DNA of 64,000 bases from Leptospiraceae bacterium (GTDB lineage: Bacteria > Spirochaetota > Leptospiria > Leptospirales > Leptonemataceae): contig JAVJNR010000003.1 of the NCBI GenBank assembly GCA_040217195.1, positions 783,448 to 847,447 of the forward strand. Reading direction: 5' to 3'. The first letter of the stretch is position 1. Every line of letters starts with the position of its first letter. A model generated the notes under the pieces. It was not told the DNA's origin. It did no database searches and was given only the letters and a program-made list of their open reading frames with translations. A program made the translations under genes and the position numbers. This document shows, one piece after another, positions 56,937 through 64,000 of the stretch.

Positions 56937-57953
56937 CTAGCGGTTCAATACAACGCTTAAAACCTTTTCCACCGATTTTAGATCAGGAAATTCCTGTTCT
57001 TTGCCCAGAAACCGGCTGTAGCCGTGGGGGCCCTCCGGAGTCCAGAGCGCTGGATTGCTGGCGCCAAAAATGGCAATAACATCCAAGCCCATGGCTGCTG
57101 CCAGATGGGTAATTCCAGAATCGTTTCCCACGAGACAATTAAATCGACCCAGGACAACTACCAGATCATCCAACGTCAATTCCAATAGATGCATTTCATC
57201 GTTGGCGCCTATTTCTGGTTTAGCATTCCAGACCTCCACAGACCTGGCATCGTTATGGATTCGCAGCGGATGCGACGAATCGGATAGAAGTTTCTGCTTA
57301 AGACCATCATCTGCCGGACCAAGGGTCCAGAATACAGGGCGCCCTCCATCGATGCAGATATCTGCCATCTGAAGATAATTCTCCAGTGGCCAGTTCTTTT
57401 CCGGGCTACCGGAGCCTGCATGAAATACAATTCCAGGCAAGGTACTTAAGCCCGCGGTTGGATCCTTTAGACCAGCCTCGATGGGATCCTGAGAAAGCTG
57501 AGTGAGTGGCCAGCAGGCCCTGGGTCGTGCACCTCCAGTTACCTCCGGAAACATACCTGAGAATAAAAAATCTCTGATGTTAGGTAGATTCTTCTGGAAA
57601 TTTTCGCTAGTCCCGGGCCGACTCTGTACCCGGTATACTTCAGATGAGATTTGCAGAAAGCTGCTTCGCAGATCGATATCTTCGTTAACCAGAAACAGAA
57701 AAGTCTTATCAAATCCTGTATCCGGAACCCAGGCAGGCTTATTCCGCAGATCCAGGGAGCCTGAAAATAGAGGTAGCAGGCCTGTATCCTCACAGGACAG
57801 GAATCGATTACACATGCCTCTTGCAATCACGGACCATGACGGTGAAGCGATCAATGTAATATGTACGTTCGGATTCTCATACAGCCTCTGAAGACAGGGA
57901 AGGATTACCAGCAAGTCCCCCAGCGCTCCAGGTCGATAAATGCAAATATTCAT
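56937..57953 (-). CDS. Glycosyltransferase family 9 (heptosyltransferase-like)
   Basis: GALGDL, HAGSGSPEKNWP, VGNDSGITHLAAA, IFG. Confidence 0.9.
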   Translation of the reverse strand: MNICIYRPGALGDLLVILPCLQRLYENPNVHITLIASPSWSVIARGMCNRFLSCEDTGLLPLFSGSLDLRNKPAWVPDTGFDKTFLFLVNEDIDLRSSFLQISSEVYRVQSRPGTSENFQKNLPNIRDFLFSGMFPEVTGGARPRACWPLTQLSQDPIEAGLKDPTAGLSTLPGIVFHAGSGSPEKNWPLENYLQMADICIDGGRPVFWTLGPADDGLKQKLLSDSSHPLRIHNDARSVEVWNAKPEIGANDEMHLLELTLDDLVVVLGRFNCLVGNDSGITHLAAAMGLDVIAIFGASNPALWTPEGPHGYSRFLGKEQEFPDLKSVEKVLSVVLNR

Positions 57954-58026
57954 CTAAAAAATCTTGAGAACCGTATCTGGCAGTCTTGCTGACTACAGAA
58001 TTCTGCCAGATTCCCGGATGCCACCA

Positions 58027-58674
58027 TCAAAAGAAAGATTCGCCCGCCGGTTCCAGCAACTCCGCTTTATCCATGCCCGGAGAGTTTACTTCGGTGGACA
58101 CCGGATAAGCATGGTCTACATCTGCGGAATTCTCGATGATCTCCGAAATCTCCGAGCGATCTTCGCTGCGAAGCCAGGCTTCAGCGGCTTCCGCAGGAAC
58201 AATGACTGGCATGCGATCATGAATAGATTTCATTCTTTCACTCGCATCTTTTGTGCAGATCGCAAGTCCATCCCCTTCAAAAACACCGCCCAGTAAGAAA
58301 CCATTCTGCTGATCTTCCGGATGAATGAACACTGGAGTTTTCCCTTTCTCGCCCGGCCCCGGCGGTTTCCATTCATAGAATCCTGTAGCCGGAACCAGAC
58401 ATCGATGCTTCTTGATTGCACTGCGAAAGTATGGTTTTTCAAATGCGGTTTCCGTTCTTGCATTGATCACGGATTTCATTTCTTGTTTGGCCCAATGAGG
58501 CTTAAAATTCCAGGTTTTACGGCCCAGAACGATTTTCTCATCTTCTTTGTAGGCAGATAGCACTCGAAAGGAAGGAGCGATGTTGTAAACCGGTCTGAAT
58601 CCATCTTCCGGAGGTAGATCAAATAGGCTCATAAGCAGCAATGGATTGTTTATTAGAGCAAATCGACCGCACAT
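58027..58674 (-). CDS. SOS response-associated peptidase (SRAP, YedK/HMCES family)
   Basis: MCGRF, YNIAP, INARTET, GFYEW, IHDRMPVI. Confidence 0.95.
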   Translation of the reverse strand: MCGRFALINNPLLLMSLFDLPPEDGFRPVYNIAPSFRVLSAYKEDEKIVLGRKTWNFKPHWAKQEMKSVINARTETAFEKPYFRSAIKKHRCLVPATGFYEWKPPGPGEKGKTPVFIHPEDQQNGFLLGGVFEGDGLAICTKDASERMKSIHDRMPVIVPAEAAEAWLRSEDRSEISEIIENSADVDHAYPVSTEVNSPGMDKAELLEPAGESFF

Positions 58675-58707
58675 GATCTTCCTCCTGAGCCTCTTTAATC
58701 TCCAAAC

Positions 58708-59856
58708 TCAATAATGGTTTTTCAGATATGGCAGGGTACCTTCACGATTGTGTGGATGCGCCGTACCGAACCAGGCTCTCATGATTCTACCTCGACCTCG
58801 AATAGGCCTCAACACATTATAAGCATTACTGAACGAACAAAGCCTGATATTCTCCAGAAAGGGCCTGTTTTCCCGCAGGCAAGCTTTGCTCTGCTCGAAA
58901 TCAATGGATTTAAGTAATGGTCTGGGATCGGCGCCCACATCCGTGGCCAGCAATATCAGACCATGGAGCTCCACCACATCCGCTTTCCGGCCATTGGCCT
59001 TCTTGATCCAGCCAAGTGCTTCTGCATGGTTTCCTCTGGAAAATTCGAACCTGGCAAGGAGAAAGGCGGTGTCGGAATCCGGCTCTGCAGTAAATGCCTG
59101 GTCCAGGTGTTTTATTGCACGTTCATAGTCCTTGCCTTCTCCATAGATTCTACCAAGAGCCAGATGAGCTTTTCCATTATTTCTTAGTTTCAAGGTCTCC
59201 TGCAATGCTGCAGCGGCCACAGCCGGTCTTCCCATGGAATACTCATAGAGCCCTTTCTGTAAAAGAACATCGGCCAGAGCCACACCGCTACTACGGGGAA
59301 TCATGAAACTATAGATTCTATCAACCAGGAAATCCTGTCTCTTGTTTTGTAGTTCCTCTACCAGTTGCAATGCCGTGCCATGCGAAAGTTCAGTTAGCAC
59401 AGGAGACAGATCCTGGTCTCGAATATCGCTACCTATGCGATGCCAGTGAATCAGCCTGTTTAGCATGATTCGCCTTCGATCCAGTCCAGAAGATCGTTCC
59501 AGGGCCTGCTGAAATAGAATATCGCTTTGCTCCAGAGATCCCCTGGCCGCACAAATCAGTGCGGCTTCACTGATTCGGTACCCGGTAAGGTTTCCAATTC
59601 GCCTTTTTCCCAGACAAACTTGAAGTAATGATTCCTGCTCTTCCTGCGAAAGATAGTTATCTTCTGCTGCCGGACCATGAAAGAAAGCAGGGTCCACAGA
59701 GATGCGCCTTTCCTGGCGGTTCAGGTCCTCAAACAAAAAGGACTCAATGGTAGAACAGGAGGTTACGGTAAAAAGAAGGATGCACAGAGCCATTCCACAG
59801 CCGGCATTAAGGATTCGGGTCAGAGTCCACCCCTCTATAGCGACCGATTTGCCCAT
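58708..59856 (-). CDS. TPR-containing putative lipoprotein
   Basis: VTSC lipobox; AHLALGRIY..KDYERAIKHL TPR; start 59856 or 59793. Confidence 0.65.
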   Translation of the reverse strand: MGKSVAIEGWTLTRILNAGCGMALCILLFTVTSCSTIESFLFEDLNRQERRISVDPAFFHGPAAEDNYLSQEEQESLLQVCLGKRRIGNLTGYRISEAALICAARGSLEQSDILFQQALERSSGLDRRRIMLNRLIHWHRIGSDIRDQDLSPVLTELSHGTALQLVEELQNKRQDFLVDRIYSFMIPRSSGVALADVLLQKGLYEYSMGRPAVAAAALQETLKLRNNGKAHLALGRIYGEGKDYERAIKHLDQAFTAEPDSDTAFLLARFEFSRGNHAEALGWIKKANGRKADVVELHGLILLATDVGADPRPLLKSIDFEQSKACLRENRPFLENIRLCSFSNAYNVLRPIRGRGRIMRAWFGTAHPHNREGTLPYLKNHY

Positions 59857-60057
59857 ACCGACTACCGGGCTTAGTTGTTGCCCGATATCGAAATCACAGT
59901 TTCGATTCGGATTACCCCAACATTGATTCCCATCTGCCTGTGCTCTGCGGCCCATCAGGTATGCAATGCGGGATGGTAGAACCATGAAAAGGACTTTTCC
60001 CCATCCGCATCCCTTTTGCTTGACTCAGTGAGACATAATCCGACAAACTGACTGTCC

Positions 60058-62871
60058 ATGCACCAGCAGCTTTTGCACCTGGACTACGAGCAATCCGTGG
60101 CCGCCCAGAGGGACCGAACCTCAATTCCCTCCCGATTTCGCATGCTCGAAAGCCATGAATCGGATTTTGCCTTTCGCCTGTTGGATGCACATAGAGTTAA
60201 GTTAAATCATATTTACGATAAGCTTTCCAGTCTTTCCAATTCGCGTACTCGACTTCTGCCTCATCAAATTGAAGCCACTCATAGAGTGGTGCAAGCTCTT
60301 AGACCGAGATTTATTCTGGCCGATGAAGTGGGTCTGGGCAAAACGATTGAGGCTGGCCTGGTAATCAAAGAATTAATGCTGCGAAAAGGCTACAAGAGAG
60401 TGATTGTAGCTGCGCCTGCCACTCTCACGGTTCAGTGGCAGCAGGAAATGAAATCCAAATTCAATGAAGAATTTGTTATCATGGACCGCAGTAATTTCGC
60501 ACGCATTGCGGCACGCTGGTCCAAGTATCCCAGAATCCTGGTATCCATCGATTTCATAAAGAATGAAAAGTACGGAGAGCAGGTACTGAAAACAAACTGG
60601 GACATAGCGGTTTTTGATGAAGCTCACAGGCTGAGAAGAGACGATTCCAAGATTACCCATGCCTATAGCTTTGCTGAAAAGCTGGCCGCTCGCGTGGATG
60701 CACTATTGCTATTAACAGCCACTCCATTTCGCGGCAAACTGGAAGAGTTATTTTACCTGGTTCGACTTGTGGACCCGCATATTCTGGGGCCCAGAAACGC
60801 TTTCTTCATGGAATATGTACTACCTTCCCGGTCTGGAGGAAGCGTAAAAGACTTAAAGAGCAGACTGGATCGAATACTTCTTCGTCGTCGTAAAGTAGAG
60901 GTGGGTGGCTTCACCAGACGGTTTGCCCGCACCATTCAATTCGAGCTCACCCCGCCTGAAAGGGCTTTCTATGACGAAACCACAGACTATGTGCGGCGAG
61001 AGTATAACCTGGCCATGCAGGAAAAGAACCGAGCTGTGGGCTTTGTAATGATTGCCTTTCAGAAACTCCTGGACTCATCCACCAGAGCTCTGCTGCGAGC
61101 TCTGGAAAAAAGAAAGGCCATGCTGGAAATGAGAATGCATCAGACTTCCTTTCTGGCAGATGAGTGTAACTCGATAAAACTGGAAGACCTGGATCCGGAG
61201 CTGCTCGATGACTGGGAAGAGGATGATATTTCGGTCGAGGAAGGTAGTTTTCAGAAGAGCTACAAGGATCTGCGAAAGGAAGTATTGACCCTGGGAAAGC
61301 TTATTCACCTGGGAAAAGCCATAAAGTACGATAAGAAGCTGGTGAAGCTCCGAGAAACCCTGCAGAAGCTGAAGAAAGAAGGGCATGCTAAATTCATTAT
61401 TTTTACCCAGTTTCGCACAACTCAGGATTATCTCCTGGAAAACCTGCCAGAATACAAGGTAGAACTATTTCACGGTTCGCTGAATCTAAAGGAAAAGGAA
61501 CAGGCGATCGAGAACTTCAAAGGAGATCAGGAAATTCTGATCTGCACCGAAGCCGGCGGCGAAGGTAGAAACCTTCAGTTTGCCAGTATTATGATCAACT
61601 ATGACCTGCCCTGGTCACCGCTAAAGATCGAACAAAGGATTGGTAGAATCCATCGATTCGGACAAACCAGAGATGTATTTATCTTTAATTTTGCCACCAG
61701 GGATACAGTTGCTGAGCGAATCCTGGAAGTTCTGGAAAACAAAATCCGTCTATTTGAAGAATCCATTGGTCCTTCAGATATGCTACTGGGCAGCATTGAA
61801 GACGATCTAAAATTCAATAAAACTCTAATGGATTTTGTATCCGGTAAGCTGGATAAGGAAACCTTCGAATCCACTGTGGAGGAAAGAGTGGCCATGGCTC
61901 GCAGTAGCTATGAAAGGCTGAATGAGCTTGTGGCGCCGCAGATGGTGGATTTCAATCTCAATGATTACTATCGAATTACTGAAAAAGAACGTGCCATCAA
62001 GAATTCCGAAATTGAAAATCTATGTCTGTACTATTGCCATCAAACGGAACTCTCCGGCTACGAGCTGAGGGCTCTGGGAGAGAGGGTCTACGAGCTTACC
62101 AGCTATCGCACAGGTGAAAAAAGAACTGGAACATTTGATAGCGAACTTGCACTGACCAATGAATCCCTGGATTTTCTGGCCGTGGGGCATTCTTTAGTGG
62201 ATGAATGTCTGGAATATTTTTTGAGCCATCCATCTGCAGAAACCTACATTGAGATGAAGGCTACGCCAGAACTCAAAGAAGGATATTACTTCATCTATTT
62301 GGTCCAGTTCGAGAATGGATTTCAGCGAACGGAATTAATGGGCGTGCACTCCAGTCCTGATGGGCAGCTTTCCTTTCAGAGGGAGATTGCCATTCCACCA
62401 GGGTACCTGCAGAAAGGATCGAAAGGGAGCCGCAATGCAACCAGAAAGCCAGTCCTGAATGCCTCCAATACATCAAAAGCGAGCGAAATGCAAAATTATT
62501 CCGAGGAAAATGCTCTGTACATGAATCCGGATCTGATCAAGCTTCTTCGCAGATCAGAATCAATTCTGCGAACAGAAGTTGAGCAAATTGCAGAAGAACT
62601 GAAGGAACAGCTTCATCCTGTATTCAAGAAAGAAGAATACAAGCTTGAAATAAGCTATGGAAAGAAGCTTCGTCTGCTGCAGGAAAAGAAAGACATTGAG
62701 CGAATGAAGTTCAGTCAGAATCCGGTGCCAGAAAGGAAAGCCAGGCTTACCAGAGCCGAAAACCTGATCCTGAAGGCAAGACAGGAGATGGACATTCAGA
62801 TGGAAGAAATCCGCCGGCAATCCAGTATGAAGATACAAATCCGCCCATTGCAGATTTATAAACTGAATTGA
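60058..62871 (+). CDS. SNF2-family helicase/ATPase (RapA-like)
   Basis: LLPHQ, ILADEVGLGKT, DEAH, LTATP, GGEGRNLQ, EQRIGRIHRFGQ. Confidence 0.93.
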   Translation: MHQQLLHLDYEQSVAAQRDRTSIPSRFRMLESHESDFAFRLLDAHRVKLNHIYDKLSSLSNSRTRLLPHQIEATHRVVQALRPRFILADEVGLGKTIEAGLVIKELMLRKGYKRVIVAAPATLTVQWQQEMKSKFNEEFVIMDRSNFARIAARWSKYPRILVSIDFIKNEKYGEQVLKTNWDIAVFDEAHRLRRDDSKITHAYSFAEKLAARVDALLLLTATPFRGKLEELFYLVRLVDPHILGPRNAFFMEYVLPSRSGGSVKDLKSRLDRILLRRRKVEVGGFTRRFARTIQFELTPPERAFYDETTDYVRREYNLAMQEKNRAVGFVMIAFQKLLDSSTRALLRALEKRKAMLEMRMHQTSFLADECNSIKLEDLDPELLDDWEEDDISVEEGSFQKSYKDLRKEVLTLGKLIHLGKAIKYDKKLVKLRETLQKLKKEGHAKFIIFTQFRTTQDYLLENLPEYKVELFHGSLNLKEKEQAIENFKGDQEILICTEAGGEGRNLQFASIMINYDLPWSPLKIEQRIGRIHRFGQTRDVFIFNFATRDTVAERILEVLENKIRLFEESIGPSDMLLGSIEDDLKFNKTLMDFVSGKLDKETFESTVEERVAMARSSYERLNELVAPQMVDFNLNDYYRITEKERAIKNSEIENLCLYYCHQTELSGYELRALGERVYELTSYRTGEKRTGTFDSELALTNESLDFLAVGHSLVDECLEYFLSHPSAETYIEMKATPELKEGYYFIYLVQFENGFQRTELMGVHSSPDGQLSFQREIAIPPGYLQKGSKGSRNATRKPVLNASNTSKASEMQNYSEENALYMNPDLIKLLRRSESILRTEVEQIAEELKEQLHPVFKKEEYKLEISYGKKLRLLQEKKDIERMKFSQNPVPERKARLTRAENLILKARQEMDIQMEEIRRQSSMKIQIRPLQIYKLN

Positions 62872-62900
62872 TGGATAGAGCAACCAGGCAATAGTACACC

Positions 62901-63434
62901 ATGCACGGGCGAAACCAGTATAATCAGGAAATTCTGCTGCAACAGGAGGCTATCCAGGAAGCGGTAAACAGGATGGGCAAACAAATCGCATCCGATTATG
63001 GTGATTCGCCCCTGACATTGATTGGCTGCCTTAAAGGCTCATTCATTTTTATGGCTGATCTGGTTCGTGCAATTCCCAGATCTCTGCATATCGATTTTAT
63101 TGAGGTTTCATCTTACGGTAATGACCTTTCATCCAGCGGCAACGTTCGAATCATAAAAGACTTCAAGCATCCGGTGCAGGACAGCCATGTGCTCATTGTT
63201 GAAGACATTGTAGATACTGGCCTGACATTCGATTTTCTGTTCGAACATATTCATTTGAAAAAACCATCTTCCCTGGAGATCGCCGCTCTGCTGGTTCGTA
63301 GCACTGTGGATCAGACTAAGCGACCGGTAAGATACCAGGGCTTTACCATAGGCGAAGAGTATGTGGTGGGTTATGGCCTGGATGCGGCCGGACTGTATCG
63401 AAACCTCAATCATGTTGCTGTTTTCGATGGCTAA
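62901..63434 (+). CDS. hpt: Hypoxanthine phosphoribosyltransferase
   Basis: LKGSFIFMADL, VSSYG, VLIVEDIVDTGLT, VVGYGLD. Confidence 0.95.
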   Translation: MHGRNQYNQEILLQQEAIQEAVNRMGKQIASDYGDSPLTLIGCLKGSFIFMADLVRAIPRSLHIDFIEVSSYGNDLSSSGNVRIIKDFKHPVQDSHVLIVEDIVDTGLTFDFLFEHIHLKKPSSLEIAALLVRSTVDQTKRPVRYQGFTIGEEYVVGYGLDAAGLYRNLNHVAVFDG

Positions 63435-63448
63435 TCTAGATCATCGAT

Positions 63449-63946
63449 TCAGCTATTTTTCTTTTTTGTAAGAATTGCCCGTTTCTTTTTTACCGCTTCT
63501 TTCTTTTTCGCTTTCCCTTGCTTCTTGCGGGAACCTCCGGCCCAGTCCTCTTTTTTGATCCTTACATTTCCGGTTTTCTTAGCACTTTTCTTAGCACTTT
63601 TCTTAGCACTTTTTTTGGCCGCACTGGCTGCGGCTTTTAGAGATTTCTGAGCCCAATGCACAGCGAGTGCAGGTTGCTCCAGGGCCTCTTCAGGTAAAGA
63701 CCAGTAAGACATTTCAATAGGCTTTCTGGAGGAGTGATAGATAAACGGTTCGCAACCAGCTGATTTGTATTCTTCTTTGAGCGATGTATCCACTTTCATA
63801 TAGAGACGATCGTCGGCGATCAGTGCAAACATTCGTCCTCGGAAGTAAACACCATAGCCACCGAACATGGATCTGCATTGCACGGTCCCCAGGTCGCTGA
63901 ATAGATCCTCCACAAAGGTTGCAAAGGAATTGGGATTCTCTTTCAT
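63449..63946 (-). CDS. TfoX/Sxy N-terminal domain protein with Lys-rich tail
   Basis: RSMFGGYGVY..MFALIADDRLYMK..PF.Y..MSYW; (AKKS)n tail. Confidence 0.88.
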   Translation of the reverse strand: MKENPNSFATFVEDLFSDLGTVQCRSMFGGYGVYFRGRMFALIADDRLYMKVDTSLKEEYKSAGCEPFIYHSSRKPIEMSYWSLPEEALEQPALAVHWAQKSLKAAASAAKKSAKKSAKKSAKKTGNVRIKKEDWAGGSRKKQGKAKKKEAVKKKRAILTKKKNS

Positions 63947-64000
63947 CGGACCGTCCGGGCTTTTTTCTTCGTCGCTTTCTTCGTCGCTTTCTTCGTCGCT
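63943..64000 (-). CDS. Partial CDS: C-terminal ATKK-repeat tail of an upstream gene
   Basis: Minus-strand frame reads ATKKATKKATKKKARTVR-stop, with TGA overlapping the TfoX-like ATG; 12-bp repeat TTCTTCGTCGCT x3. Confidence 0.6.
   Translation of the reverse strand, partial: ATKKATKKATKKKARTVR

Noticed and set aside
58027..58674. SRAP as a marker of a prophage or umuDC cassette
   Set aside because: No integrase, phage or error-prone polymerase genes nearby.
60058..62871. SNF2 helicase as part of a DISARM-type or other defence system
   Set aside because: No methylase, DUF1998, PLD or nuclease partners; flanked by hpt and a lipoprotein.
1..64000. Numerous short antisense or nested ORFs; tRNA, rRNA and IS elements
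   Set aside because: Short ORFs shadow well-supported genes. No tRNA, rRNA or transposase was recognised by eye; a tRNAscan/Infernal run would be needed to exclude small RNAs.

Overview
Gene-dense, roughly 50% GC bacterial chromosomal segment. Gene content and order (DUF4505, rplU-prp-rpmA-obgE-proB...proA-nadD, many lipoproteins, adenylate cyclase and GGDEF signalling genes) suggest a Leptospiraceae-like spirochaete; this is inference, not a database result. It contains a sufBCD-Rieske-sufS-sufU operon, proline/NAD and ribosomal genes, split znuAC/znuB, a three-gene Hsp20 cluster behind a consensus sigma-54 promoter, several signalling proteins, a 1522-aa aromatic-repeat secreted protein, SRAP and an SNF2 helicase. 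I recognised no rRNA, tRNA, CRISPR-Cas, transposase, integrase or phage genes. The most striking unexplained element is an intergenic 96-bp x ~4.7 tandem array (4229-4675) built of small hairpins, with compensatory changes between copies and 25 GGA motifs, several in C-AGGAA-G / C-AGGAG-G loops. This resembles a CsrB/RsmZ-type CsrA-sponge RNA; an alternative reading is a cGNAg-hairpin DNA repeat. Other leads: a 37-bp VNTR, a fused-plus-split DUF4349 operon, Prp next to a short L27, an orphan degenerate LarC and a FimV-like scaffold protein.
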